From Schizochytrium sp. TIO01 (Eukaryota > Protista > Bigyra: Labyrinthulomycetes): a stretch of 64,000 nt of DNA. The position numbers were made by a program, and so were the translations under genes. Position 1 is the stretch's first letter, and each line of letters opens with the position of its first letter. Location: assembly GCA_004764695.1 (NCBI GenBank), contig SMSO01000035.1, positions 2,232,001 to 2,296,000 of the forward strand, given 5' to 3'. The notes under the pieces were generated by a model. It ran no database searches. It was not told the DNA's origin and was given only the letters and a program-made list of their open reading frames with translations. Of the stretch, positions 35,131-46,298 are shown in pieces.

Positions 35131-36187
35131 AGCGAAAATGTACTTTGCTTTCAATAGCGCTGATTTAATCAAGGAGCCATTCTGGATAGGCCGGAGGATA
35201 GGCCCTTTCTAGAACAAGACCGAGAGTACACCATCGAGTCATGCGTCCACAAGAAAACTTGAACATCTGACAACCTAGCTTTGCTTCGACTTGTGCAATG
35301 CCTTTTGACTAGCATTCACGGGGGTCTCGACTTCTTACAGAGAGTGCATCTCCATGATCCACTTGAAACTAGGATAGACCTTTAGAAATCAAGGATGATC
35401 AGCATGTATTCACTTGAACAATGTAGAGAACCTTTCGGTAACTACTAGAAGCTCAATTAGATGGCGTCCTAGGGTGACCACAAGTATTGTAATAATATAT
35501 CCATCGAAAGATAGATTGATTGTTTAACCAAAATAGGCCTATCAAAAGAAATGGAGTTCTTAGAGATACCTCTATCCGGGTAATACCTATAATATAAATA
35601 AACAAAGAATAGAAGGAGAAGAAAAAAAGAAAAAGGAAATGGAAAGCCTGACCATAACCAAAAGCTTTGCGAGTCAGAGCATCACATTGCACGGCGCCTC
35701 GTGCCGCAATAAGACGTATTGAAGAGGGTTTAGGACGACTTAAAGACCAAAGCTTTTAGCGGTGACGTCCGGCTCTGTAGAGGTCTCAATATTTGAAGGC
35801 CTAGGAGACTAGAGGAGCAGCGCTCACTAAGTCAACGTTTTGAGGTCACTCACCTCCTGGCTGGAGGGTCCTTAGGACATAACGCTCCTTCGTCAGAGGC
35901 ATATTAGGAAACCCTCGTGAAGGCGGTGCGGTAATAAGCTGTGTGTTCTAGAGCCAAAACAGGCGTTGTATCCGAAATCCGGCTGGAACACGTTATCGCG
36001 AGATCGTTTTTAAAGAGCTTGCCTGCCCCAAATTCAGAAGCTGAGGGGCCGCGAGGGTATCAATCACAAGATACTCACACCATACAAGAGTGCAAATTTG
36101 ACAAGTTTCACCTTGGTTTGAGTGAAGTCGTCAAGAGTTTGATTTAATACTGTTTTCCGCAGTTGCTAAATCCTTTTTTCAAACACC

Positions 36188-39100
36188 ATGGTCACCTGCG
36201 AAGAGGTAGAAAAGGTCGTCCATGTGGTCTACCAAGGAGGAGCCGCAGAAAAGGGTCGCAGGGAAGCATTAGCGTGGCTTCAAAATTTTTCTACTACTCC
36301 GGAGGCATGGGCAATTTGGCTAGAGTTAGTAGGCTCACCGACCAACCAAACGCAGTTCTTTGCTGCCAACATGCTTTACGCGAAGGTTCAGAAGGAATGG
36401 TATGATCAGCCCGATGCAACGAAACAGGATATCCACCAGCGTATTCTTCAGGTGGTTCGTGAATATGTCCGCGATGACTCGCAACGCCTTTGGAACAAAT
36501 CTCTGTGCCGCCTTTGTCTGGCATTGGCAAGAATGACAGTTCAAACGCCCTCAATCCTTGAAGCCTACATGAACGAAGTATGGAACTTGCTTCGTGGAGG
36601 CCTTGAGCAAGCAGCATCCAACTACTCTCCATCTGCAGATCGTGCTCTCTTCGTTGCTACGGAGCTCTTGATTGATTTACCTGAGGAAAAAGAGGCCGAA
36701 GAGTCCCCTGAAAGCGCGGTTATCTCTGACACAAACCCAGGTGGAATCGGTAAGCTCATGAATGCCATGCTTGGACAGGTTGTGGAGGCTGTGACGCAGC
36801 TCATGATGAAGGTTGATAAAGCTTCAGTCCACGCACGTGCTTTAGAGTGCCTTCACGCCTGGGCTCCTCTTGGCGTTGATGTCCCAACACTTGCTCGCTG
36901 CAACCTGCTGAGACCCATGCTGATGGCTCTAAATACTTGTCAGGAGCTGACAGTCTTAGATATGGCTTCCCAAGCACTCATTGCCTGCGTTAAAAAAAAC
37001 TCATTGGAAGAGGAGCTCGGGCAACCTGAGACACCTGAGACGCTAGCAAGCTTGGATCAACTCGTGGAAGGAGTTTTAGCTACTCAGTCACGGCTCGCCG
37101 CAACTTGCGACGCGTCGGGGTCGAACAATGGTATTAGTGGTGAAAAACTACCTCTTGAGCGCGATCCAAGCACACAAGAAGATGTCGCGCTCAGTTTGTG
37201 CAAGCTCACTGTAGCGGTGGCTGAAAGTCAAATTGATAGAATAATTCCGGGTTCCACACCACAACTTCTTGGTCTTGTAGACATGGTGATGTCGCTTACT
37301 GCCCACCCTAGCCACTCAGTTTCAATCCTCACTTTGAATTTTTGGCTTCTCATACAAGATTACGAAATGGCACGTCGACACGAGTCTTTGCGTGAAACCT
37401 GCTACTTCAAATTGCTGGAAGTTCTTCTTTGCCAGTCTAAATTAAATGAAGATGCTAGCTCGGGCTATGAGGAAGACATATTCGATGAGATTCAGAGTTT
37501 TCGCAATAGTGGCGATGGCGTAAAAGACGTTTTCTATATCACCATGTACGTTTTAGGTCCTCAGTACGTCGAATGTATGCTTTCTGTTTTGCGAAATACG
37601 CAAGATTGGCGGGATTTTGAAGCAGCAATGTTTGCACTGAGCTCTGCCGCTCGAGTGATCAATGAACAAGCTGTGCGCCCAGACCCGCGCAGTGCTAATT
37701 TACGTGGTATTGTTGAAGTTGTCTTGCAAGAGCTCTCAACTTGGAACCTTCTTGGTGCGAACGGAGCCACACTACGCTCTGGAGTGCAAATGATTGGCAA
37801 CTTTGCCTCCTTCTTGGCCCGTATGGATCTCGCACTAATTGAACGTAATTTAAACTACGTTATTTTTGCTCTTCCATTCTCCGATCCAGTCAGCAAAACT
37901 GCTGCGGAGGCCTTTGGCCGCGTTTGCATTGCGAGTCGGCTGGAGCTCGCGCTTCATCCTGATGCCGTGAAAACCTTAGCGGCCGGTATTGAAAAGGCAT
38001 ACCAGTCCTTTCCAACGGACCCCACGAAACAAGAAGATCAAAGCTTTGCTGCAACAAAGTCATCTTCTTTCCCAGTCGATGCACGACTCAAAGCAGTAGA
38101 AGGCATTGCCCGTGTTGCTTCATGCATGAAGCTAGATGCGTGTCAAGAAACACTTGTAGTCTTGTTGAATCCGAGCCTGGACCGTTTGACTAAAGCTGTA
38201 GACGGAGTTGACTGCAATATTGCCGCACAGGAGCTGCGGGTTTTATGTTGCGCGGTAAAGTTTCTGGATGTGAATACCAAAACTTTGGCTTCTCCAATGG
38301 ACCACCCTGTGGCCGCTATCCTCGCCCAGATTATGCCAATTTTGGAGAAAATTACTGCTATTCCTGCTCTGCAACATGACACAGAAGTGGTCGAGGCATT
38401 ATACTCTCTTATATCTGCGTCATTTTTTTCAGCAAAAACTGTCCTGGCTCAACATCTAGAGTCCTTACTGACAGCTGCTGTAAAGCAATTTCGAATTACA
38501 TGGTCCCCATGCTGTATTACATGTGTTGGGAAAGCTGTGGAGGTTTTCGTTCCATCCCAGCCAGGGTCCGAAAGTGGCTTTCAGCATTTGTTTGGCCGCC
38601 TCACGGAAAACATGGTTGAATGCATTCGCGATGGGCATGCTGTAAACGATCCTGTTATTATCTCCACATTTTTTGATACTGCACTAACATTCCTTATATT
38701 CTGCCCCGGAGCAATTTTCTCGTCAGCTCCTACATCGTCCGAGGATAATGTCCCTTCTGAAAGTACGCTTGATGCCTTCCTTCAAATTATGGCCAAGTGT
38801 GTTTCAAGTGATGAAGTAGAGTCTCTACGATCAGTTGCTATCTTCATCACGTCTCTCATGAGTCGCCTCGGAGGAGATGCGACAACTGCAGCAGCCGCAA
38901 TGGGGAACATGGAGGCTGCATGTAAGGCCCGTGATCTATCTCAATACAGACCATTCTTCGATCAAGCCCTTTCCCGCAATGGTCGCTACTTAGTTGGTGA
39001 AATAATTCTCGCATTGGCTTCAACCTGCCCACCAACGCCCCTAGCTAAACTAGCTCAAGGTCTCGCAGATCTCACGGTCCGTTATCCTCAACTGGTACAA

Positions 39101-39334
39101 GAATCTGTTTATGCAACATTCATGCAGAACCCACCTATTTTTGCACGCCTTAGCGATGCCGATAAGGAGTGCCTTGTAACAACTATTCCTTACATGGCAC
39201 AAGGCGTTGGCACCAAAGGTAAAGAGGCCTTTGAGGAATTTGCACGCTTGTGCCGTAAGCAGACAAAATCTGAAACGTACCAGAAGCTCCTAAATGATCT
39301 GCGCATTGCCCCCGAAGTCATTGAAATTGCTTGA
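36188..39334 (+). CDS. Importin-beta family karyopherin, importin-13/transportin-3-like
   Basis: 1048 aa of HEAT-like helices. N-terminal ALAWLQNFSTTPEAW...QFFAANMLYAKVQKEW; SILTLNFWLLIQD; WRDFEAAMFAL. Confidence 0.85.
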   Translation: MVTCEEVEKVVHVVYQGGAAEKGRREALAWLQNFSTTPEAWAIWLELVGSPTNQTQFFAANMLYAKVQKEWYDQPDATKQDIHQRILQVVREYVRDDSQRLWNKSLCRLCLALARMTVQTPSILEAYMNEVWNLLRGGLEQAASNYSPSADRALFVATELLIDLPEEKEAEESPESAVISDTNPGGIGKLMNAMLGQVVEAVTQLMMKVDKASVHARALECLHAWAPLGVDVPTLARCNLLRPMLMALNTCQELTVLDMASQALIACVKKNSLEEELGQPETPETLASLDQLVEGVLATQSRLAATCDASGSNNGISGEKLPLERDPSTQEDVALSLCKLTVAVAESQIDRIIPGSTPQLLGLVDMVMSLTAHPSHSVSILTLNFWLLIQDYEMARRHESLRETCYFKLLEVLLCQSKLNEDASSGYEEDIFDEIQSFRNSGDGVKDVFYITMYVLGPQYVECMLSVLRNTQDWRDFEAAMFALSSAARVINEQAVRPDPRSANLRGIVEVVLQELSTWNLLGANGATLRSGVQMIGNFASFLARMDLALIERNLNYVIFALPFSDPVSKTAAEAFGRVCIASRLELALHPDAVKTLAAGIEKAYQSFPTDPTKQEDQSFAATKSSSFPVDARLKAVEGIARVASCMKLDACQETLVVLLNPSLDRLTKAVDGVDCNIAAQELRVLCCAVKFLDVNTKTLASPMDHPVAAILAQIMPILEKITAIPALQHDTEVVEALYSLISASFFSAKTVLAQHLESLLTAAVKQFRITWSPCCITCVGKAVEVFVPSQPGSESGFQHLFGRLTENMVECIRDGHAVNDPVIISTFFDTALTFLIFCPGAIFSSAPTSSEDNVPSESTLDAFLQIMAKCVSSDEVESLRSVAIFITSLMSRLGGDATTAAAAMGNMEAACKARDLSQYRPFFDQALSRNGRYLVGEIILALASTCPPTPLAKLAQGLADLTVRYPQLVQESVYATFMQNPPIFARLSDADKECLVTTIPYMAQGVGTKGKEAFEEFARLCRKQTKSETYQKLLNDLRIAPEVIEIA

Positions 39335-39443
39335 TTATCATCTTTTATCATAAAATATACTTGTGATTTTAATAGGGTATTCTGTGTATGGAACTTTCTA
39401 ATTGATGGTTTATATGTGGGCTGATCAGGAAAACATATTGTTT

Positions 39444-42400
39444 TCATCCAATTTGGCTTTGTCTACTCGATAGACTTTTCCTCCTGTTTGATAGAGCGGT
39501 ATTAGTCATTTGCAATGTTTCCTCATCACTATTATCATCGTCGTCATCATTAGGATTGTTATCATCATCATCGGAGTTGTCCCTGCGATTCTCAGTATAG
39601 TACGAAGATGAAGCAGGAATTCCCTCTTCTTCCTCTTCCTCCTCTTCCTCCTCTTCTTGACTATTTCCATCAGCCTCGTCTGAGTAGTATTCGTCGTTTT
39701 CTGATAGCGGCGACTCTGATCGATTATCCTCTTGGCTATTGCCCTCATCTTCATCATCTTCGTCATCATCTTCGTCATCATCGTCTTCATTATCTTCATC
39801 ACCTTCGGAGTCTGACTCACGAGACTCCGCTCCTTCATCTTGAGCAGTTTCAGCACCATTGGTACCTTGCAGATGAGCTAGTGGCTGTCTTGCTAAGCTT
39901 CCCTCTTTAGCTCGAGCTTCCTCTTCTACTTTTCGTTGCTCCTCCTCTTCCTTTTCTATCCGTCGAGCCTTCATTTCATCATTTCGACGCTTCAACACTG
40001 AACGAGCTTCTTTGCTCAACTTTTCCTGCATAAGCTGAGAGTTTTGGACTTCAATTTCCTGCAAGAGATCCTCTGGGACATTGACATCTTCAGCAGCTTC
40101 AAATGCTTTTTGCAGAAGGCGCAGTATGCAACGATTATAAGTTGTCAAAATTTCAGATAAAAACCCTGGCTGATTCAAAATTTCAGAAAGCTGTTTGTCT
40201 GGAAGAAGTCCCCCAAGGTATGTCTCTATCCCGGCATGACGAACTCGCTGCTCTTCTTCTTCTTCTTCTTCTTCTTCTTCTTCTTCTTCTTCTTGCTTCT
40301 TGGTCTGGAGTTGCTCAAATTTATTTCCGACGGTAGTTTGTCCACCATTTGCATTTGAAAGTAAGGATGCTGCTGCAGAAACAGCAGGTTCAACACTAAT
40401 TTGAGCAGCATTGATATTTTCATGTTGAGTCGCTTGTGGAGAGATTTTATTTTTCTGTCTTCCAAACCCTAGCCATCGGGATTTGGATTTACGCTCCCCA
40501 CTAGCCGAGGTTTTGCTGGGTAATATGGCTGTTGCAACATCATCTGCTACTGATCCAAGATCTGTAGAGATCTGCCTCGTAGAAAACGACTCTCGCCGCG
40601 CCATCCGAGAAATTAGCGCTGAGTCTGCTGCCTTGGTGTAGTAGTCATTCGGTTGGCCTTGTTCCGGTCCACCAATTGTTTTGCGAAGTAGTACATAAAC
40701 TACAGACGCAAGAATCGTTAGGTTTGCTTGGGCTCGCTTCTCTGGTTTCTGAACAATGCCCATTTCCCATGGTCGACATAGCACAGGTAGAAGGCATCGT
40801 ATGATGACAAATGTCGATAAAATTAACTTTGAGCGCTCGTAGTCAAACTCCGGTTTGATTAATTCCTCGTCGGGAAGACTTGGGTTGCTGTTTGGTGCAC
40901 TTTGAGTAATCTGTTCAGAGATAGAGGCTTTTGTTGCTGCAGTTTGTTCCTTTTCACGGATCATCCATCTCGTGTATCCAGATGCGCCAAAGTCTAAAGA
41001 GTTATGTTCAATTGGAAACAAAAACCCATCTGGAAAAACTGCACCATCTGTAACAAGTTTTCCTAAGAAGCTAGCGATAGCTGCAGGAAATGGTGGTTTA
41101 TCTGTTTCTATCGAACGCAATAGAGACTCAAACACTCCTCGTACACGTACTTTTAGTCGAAGTCTTGCGAGATCAGTTTCATCTACCTTTTCCCCATTTG
41201 CATTCACTGGGGCGGTCTTTTTGCCACGAAACATACGCATACCTTTGGTTCCAAATGCACTAAGTCCCCCACTGGGGTTAAGGTTCAGGTCTTTTTTCGA
41301 AGCAATATCCGTAAGCTGGAGAGCCAGAACTTGCGATGTCCATGAGCGCACGAGGTCTGCAAACCAAATCACTGCCTTATCCATATCTTTTCGCTCTGCT
41401 TGCGATATGATTGCACGGTGCATCTCAGCATCGCGACGAATACGGGCCAATGCAATGAATACAGTTGCAATAGCGCGGAAAAGAGGCTTGCCTTTGAGAA
41501 TCTGGTCTGCCGGTGGTGCTGTGACGCCCTCTTTCCGCCATCTATATAATGGTTTTCCACTACCGTATACAATAACTTTAAGCACTTTTCGTGATCGCTC
41601 TGCTTCCTCGACTTCCTTCTTCTCATCCTTTGCTGCAACTTTATCAGCCTCGTCGTCACTGACCTGCAGCAAATCAGTGTCATCATCCAAAAGTTTTTCC
41701 CATATCGTGCGATTTTCCTCATCAGGAGGTTTTGTGACTTTGATGGAATCAATCTTACTTGTTGTATTTGATAATGCCTTTTCTGTTGTTGCTCCCGGTT
41801 GCTTGGCTGGTGATGATCCAGAATGCTCCTCATTTACAGGATTTCTTTCTGGAGCTGATGGATACTTACCTGATAAACTTGTTTGATTCGGTTGAAGTGA
41901 TGTCAAGCTACCATGAGAAGCATTTTGCTGTAATAATGGAGACTCACTTCGAATGCCTCCTGCTTGCGATAGTGGTAGCTTCAATAATCTGTTTTCAAGC
42001 GCTTCAAGTAGAGCCTTGTTTTGACCAACAATATGATCTTCGAGTCTCCGCTGAAAGTCTTCTCTTTGCCGTAGCTCCATGTGAGCCTGCAACTGATTGT
42101 CCAGTCCATTGAGAACTTCGAGCATCGTATTCTGCTGTATCTGCAATTGCTTTCGAAATCGGGCAATAGTTTCATTCCTTGTGCGAAGATGTTGTTGTGC
42201 TATTGCTCGCTGATTCGTTTGAAGTTCGTTCTTAATGTTGCGATGGCGTCGGCCATGACGGTCTTTTAAATCTCTTTTTCTCCTTGATCCCCCACCCTTA
42301 TCTTTTTGATGCCGTCTTTGACTTTTGTCTCTTCTGTGTTGTTTCTTTGGAGTTTCTACTGTGCTAGAACTTGATTCAGAGTTGTCCAATAAAAATGTAT

Positions 42401-42650
42401 TTACAGACGCAGACGTAGATGATGCTGCTGATGACGAGAGTATCATGCCCCCATGTTCCATTTCTGATCTTTCACAAGAGGAGTGCTCGCCGTTAGAGCT
42501 GCTGGAGTGGTAGTCGTTGCTGTTCTCATGGCGTTGATCGACATCAGCCTGAGCTCTCTTGGTGTGGTGTCCGAACTTTTCTCGTTCGCGAGCAAGTCTT
42601 TCACGCACTAGATGTGCTCTTATGCGCAGCACTCGCTCTTGTGCAGACAT
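39444..42650 (-). CDS. Large uncharacterised protein with coiled coils and an acidic C-terminus
   Basis: Open frame of about 1070 codons from the first ATG (42650, MSAQERVLR). Ser/Lys/Arg-rich N-terminus, Gln-rich coiled coil, globular-looking middle, poly-E/D tail. Confidence 0.8.
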   Translation of the reverse strand: MSAQERVLRIRAHLVRERLAREREKFGHHTKRAQADVDQRHENSNDYHSSSSNGEHSSCERSEMEHGGMILSSSAASSTSASVNTFLLDNSESSSSTVETPKKQHRRDKSQRRHQKDKGGGSRRKRDLKDRHGRRHRNIKNELQTNQRAIAQQHLRTRNETIARFRKQLQIQQNTMLEVLNGLDNQLQAHMELRQREDFQRRLEDHIVGQNKALLEALENRLLKLPLSQAGGIRSESPLLQQNASHGSLTSLQPNQTSLSGKYPSAPERNPVNEEHSGSSPAKQPGATTEKALSNTTSKIDSIKVTKPPDEENRTIWEKLLDDDTDLLQVSDDEADKVAAKDEKKEVEEAERSRKVLKVIVYGSGKPLYRWRKEGVTAPPADQILKGKPLFRAIATVFIALARIRRDAEMHRAIISQAERKDMDKAVIWFADLVRSWTSQVLALQLTDIASKKDLNLNPSGGLSAFGTKGMRMFRGKKTAPVNANGEKVDETDLARLRLKVRVRGVFESLLRSIETDKPPFPAAIASFLGKLVTDGAVFPDGFLFPIEHNSLDFGASGYTRWMIREKEQTAATKASISEQITQSAPNSNPSLPDEELIKPEFDYERSKLILSTFVIIRCLLPVLCRPWEMGIVQKPEKRAQANLTILASVVYVLLRKTIGGPEQGQPNDYYTKAADSALISRMARRESFSTRQISTDLGSVADDVATAILPSKTSASGERKSKSRWLGFGRQKNKISPQATQHENINAAQISVEPAVSAAASLLSNANGGQTTVGNKFEQLQTKKQEEEEEEEEEEEEEEQRVRHAGIETYLGGLLPDKQLSEILNQPGFLSEILTTYNRCILRLLQKAFEAAEDVNVPEDLLQEIEVQNSQLMQEKLSKEARSVLKRRNDEMKARRIEKEEEEQRKVEEEARAKEGSLARQPLAHLQGTNGAETAQDEGAESRESDSEGDEDNEDDDDEDDDEDDEDEGNSQEDNRSESPLSENDEYYSDEADGNSQEEEEEEEEEEEGIPASSSYYTENRRDNSDDDDNNPNDDDDDNSDEETLQMTNTALSNRRKSLSSRQSQIG
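40253..40293 (-). repeat. (GAA)n coding microsatellite giving a poly-Glu tract
   Basis: CTT run on the + strand inside CDS 39444-42650. Confidence 0.9.
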
Positions 42651-43008
42651 GGATAGTGCATGAAGCCCCAAATTTGTTGACTGGATTGCTGATTCCTTGG
42701 TTGCTTTAAAATATGAAAAACTATTGGTGAACAAAGAGCCGTTAACTCGTTTATTAAAGTTACTTTTGACCAAGACTGAGACAACACGAAATACAAGTAG
42801 TCTCGACAATACTATGTAAAAACGAAACTTGAGAGTGCATAATGTACATGAATGGTTGCAAACGAATTTTTAGGTTTTGGACGCTTGGGAGCAACTGCCT
42901 GGCATTTCAATGCAGCTTGACACTAATGCAAATATGGTTGGAGAATGAAAAGTTTTTTTGTAGAATGTGATGTTTCATTTTAAGTCATGGTAATTCAGAT
43001 TCATCATA

Positions 43009-44145
43009 TTAGACAAGTGACCTAGAAGGAATAATACCAGAAAACCCAGACGGTGGTTTGTACACAAATCCATCGTTGTCGATTGAAAAGTTAACTTCGA
43101 GTTCACAGCCGGGGCTTACTTCTACAAAACCGAATTTACAATACACAGACAGAGAAAGCAATACAAAAGGTTGGAAATGAATCACACGGTGATATGAGTT
43201 CTCACAATGAAAGTATGTTAGTAATCAAATAATGCAGAGAATTCAAGTTGAAAGGAAGTGTTTCCAAACAAAGAATATAGCAACCAACGTACCAACAGCA
43301 GGGTACACAACACCTCTAAACCCTCGAACCTCTGAACCAGGAGGCAAAAGATGGTCATTCTTGCGAATAGTCAATACAGGTCGGCCTGAGCTCTGGTCGA
43401 ACGAGCAGCCTAGAATATCCCCTTCGGTGAAGGTTTCTGTACTTGTGCTACTCTTAAAGGCCCAGCTATTTGTAGAGTCTCCTAATTCACCTTGTACAAC
43501 CTCTGGTTTACGATGAGCGACCCCGATGGCAAATTTAGCATCCTCGCCCTCAAATCTTACAATCTTTACTTCAAAATAGCATTGATCTTGATGTAAAGCA
43601 GCGTTTGCTATGCAAGGGCCTGAGCCTTTGATGAGTGTACCCTGCTTCTCAATCACAACATTCCCGCCCTTGGCCTTGTCATCTGCCATATTGGAGGGAC
43701 ATCAGGTTTTTAGACATTTTGTACACAAACGTCTTGAATCAATTTCGTTATGTCAATGGTTAGCCTGACTCAACAAGTACATTTGAATTTCATTGCAATG
43801 GTTATGGAAGCAGATCCTGCACGTGTTATTTGTTTTCTAACTCACCAAAAAATGCCTGGTCAACGGTAGACACTGCATCACTCTTTGACTCGCTGTTGCT
43901 CATTTTTCCACATGTAAGCGTATCCGTCAGTCGGATAATATGAATGTTAGTCTCAGCGAAGTGATGACGGTCTTTATGCAGTACGAGCTGTAGCGCGTCG
44001 TTCACCGATCTTAATTTTTCGTTGATTCCTCTTTCGATATTTAGACTTGGTCTGAGATAGCTCGTCGCAAGACACAGCAAAACCCTGACAAAGGCAGCCC
44101 TGGGGCGCCGAAGGGAACGCACCAGCAATCGAGAATCTGACCCAT
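43009..44145 (-). CDS. SPRYD7: SPRY domain-containing protein 7, four exons (44145-44123, 43892-43846, 43682-43293, 43121-43009)
   Basis: Donors GTGCGT, GTGAGT and GTACGT; acceptors CAG, CAG and TAG; CTAAC branch-like motifs in introns 1 and 2. The spliced product is in frame: MGQILDCCESKSDAVSTVDQAFFDDKAKGGNVVIEKQGTLIKGSGPCIANAALHQDQCYFEVKI...GVVYPAVEVSPGCELEVNFS...YKPPSGFSGIIPSRSLV*. Confidence 0.85.
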
Positions 44146-44675
44146 GGCAACGCCAGCTCAAGATCTCTCTAGCACTCGATAGCTTGCCCTATTTGATTCC
44201 TGATTTGTATTTGTTGGGTGAGCTGTCACTTTCTTTATTATTGTCGATAACATTCTCTATATTCACTTTCTTCTCTTGTATATAGGTTAAACATGATTTC
44301 TAATTAGTTTACCTAGTCATTCGCTTCTAAAACCTTTTTAATTAAAGTTTTAATTCAAACAAAATAGAGAATAGGAAAGCACAGAAACGAGTTATCGATT
44401 TTTATGTGAGCCTTAATCTTACTTTAAAATCACGAACGGAAACCCAGTATCTAGCTCGAACATAACACTGGGCTTCAAACCCCTCTGGTGTGACCTAGTT
44501 CGAGCCGTAGTTCCTTTTTTTTTTTTCTCCATATTATATTAGTCATCTACTAACTTTTGCTTGGTGCAAAATAATCGTTTGAGTGTAAAAAAAAATAGAG
44601 AAAAAAAGATTGAGAGAACTAAAAGAAAGACCAAAACCGCGATTCTTGAGAGGGCAAACCCCGATTACCGCTACG

Positions 44676-46298
44676 ATGCCTTTGTCGGTGAGCTTACACC
44701 GCGTTCTTCGGCGGTGGAGGCGGAAATGGAGGTCTGCCCAGGCTTCCGGCGCTGCTCCACCGAAGGTGTCGTGTGTCGCTGCGCTCATGATGGCGATCCT
44801 AGTGGCGACCCTGGTAGTCGCAGTCACGCTGACCGTGGGGTCGGCGATTTTCAGTCTTGTTGAAGATTCATCCGGTTTACAGGCAGAGCTCTTAAGTTTT
44901 GAGGTCTTTTCGAGCGAGACAGACGATATTTCTGGTAATTCTGGAAGTGATATTGCTGAGATCGGCCAAAAATTGATGAAGCAACAAGCAACGCTGATCA
45001 TTGGATATTGCCCTGGAGACAATCTGGCAAGATTTGCACGTGATGTTGGCGCTGCTCTTGCCAAGAGACGCCAAATGCGGTTCAAGATGATGCCTGTGCA
45101 AAGCCCTGAGCATGAGGCTTTTGTGGACATTATCATGTGCGAAAGAGGTACCACTGGAATGGTCCAGCGAAAGCGGGATCGCATGAGAGCTAAGGCCCCC
45201 TCCAGCTCGCTCTCGTTACAGTCATTGATTCCGCCTCCTCACGGGCCTGGTTGGCGGGGAAATATCATGTGGCCTGCCAGAGTACACGTGCTCAACGTGG
45301 AACGTGAGCCAGTTAAACCTTTTATTATTCGCTATCATATGGAACCATGGTACACACTCCCTGCAGAGGGTGTAGATCTCTCGATTGACTGCAAGCATGA
45401 CTCTGAGAAGCTCTCCAATCAGCACGTACATATGTACGCGCCATACTTATACATGAGTTTTACACACCGTGGCTCTGACGTGAAGCCTGAAGTTTTGGCG
45501 TCACAGCAGGTGAACCAACTTGACTCTCCACTTCCACTTCACCATTTAAGCAAGGGCGAGGACCTAAACCACGAAGAACGCAGGTTCATGGGGTTCCTCG
45601 CCAGCTACTGCAGTTCACGGGTACCCAGTGCTGTTTTTAGAGTAATGTTCTTCAATGCTGTGCATGACCGCTTTGCGCCGCTTGGGAAAGAAGTGGCAGC
45701 TGTTGGAAATTGTAGACCTCGCACCGTGTCACAGAAGGAGCCCATATTTCGCTTGCGAGCGTCTGCAAATCTTGTTAAGCCAGACATGTTTTCAGACGCG
45801 GTCGCTGCATTTAGCAGGTTTAGATTTGGTATTGCCTTCGAGAATAGCCAAGTGGAGGGCTATATTACAGAAAAGATTGTTAACGTGAAGCTTGCGGGCG
45901 CAATTCCGGTGGTCTGGGGTGCGCCTGATATTGATAAATACCTCAACACACGTGCATTTGTTTGGTGCAACATTGACACTGGTGTAGTTAACTGGAATGA
46001 CCTTGCAGCTAGAGCAAGTAAGCTCTCGGAAGTTACTTCGCAGCCAAAAATTGACATTATAGAGAAAGAAGCGCTAATGTTGCTCGGCGGCAGTGATAAA
46101 GTCTTTAGATCTTGTCTCGACGAAATTGCATACTTGGAAAGTAATCCAGCGGCCTACGATTCTATGCGCAATGAGCCCTTGATCTTGGAATTTGAGGGAT
46201 CTGTGATTGATCCTGATATGTACGCTGCTTCAATCGAGGAGGTGATGCGCGGACAACAGTCTGGGTTGACTATGATCTCATCCCACGAGGGACCTTAG
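44676..46298 (+). CDS. Glycosyltransferase family 10 (alpha-1,3/4-fucosyltransferase-like), type II membrane protein
   Basis: GT10 motif FRFGIAFENSQVEGYITEKIVNVKLAGAIPVVWG and an N-terminal TM helix after a basic cytosolic tail. First ATG is at 44676. Confidence 0.88.
   Translation: MPLSVSLHRVLRRWRRKWRSAQASGAAPPKVSCVAALMMAILVATLVVAVTLTVGSAIFSLVEDSSGLQAELLSFEVFSSETDDISGNSGSDIAEIGQKLMKQQATLIIGYCPGDNLARFARDVGAALAKRRQMRFKMMPVQSPEHEAFVDIIMCERGTTGMVQRKRDRMRAKAPSSSLSLQSLIPPPHGPGWRGNIMWPARVHVLNVEREPVKPFIIRYHMEPWYTLPAEGVDLSIDCKHDSEKLSNQHVHMYAPYLYMSFTHRGSDVKPEVLASQQVNQLDSPLPLHHLSKGEDLNHEERRFMGFLASYCSSRVPSAVFRVMFFNAVHDRFAPLGKEVAAVGNCRPRTVSQKEPIFRLRASANLVKPDMFSDAVAAFSRFRFGIAFENSQVEGYITEKIVNVKLAGAIPVVWGAPDIDKYLNTRAFVWCNIDTGVVNWNDLAARASKLSEVTSQPKIDIIEKEALMLLGGSDKVFRSCLDEIAYLESNPAAYDSMRNEPLILEFEGSVIDPDMYAASIEEVMRGQQSGLTMISSHEGP

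Noticed and set aside
40972-41886. 304-aa + strand ORF
   Set aside because: Ser/Phe-rich antisense of the large minus-strand CDS.
44440-44510. GTTCGA-containing inverted repeats as a possible tRNA
   Set aside because: No cloverleaf with acceptor, D and anticodon arms could be built; it lies in the divergent promoter region between SPRYD7 and GT10.
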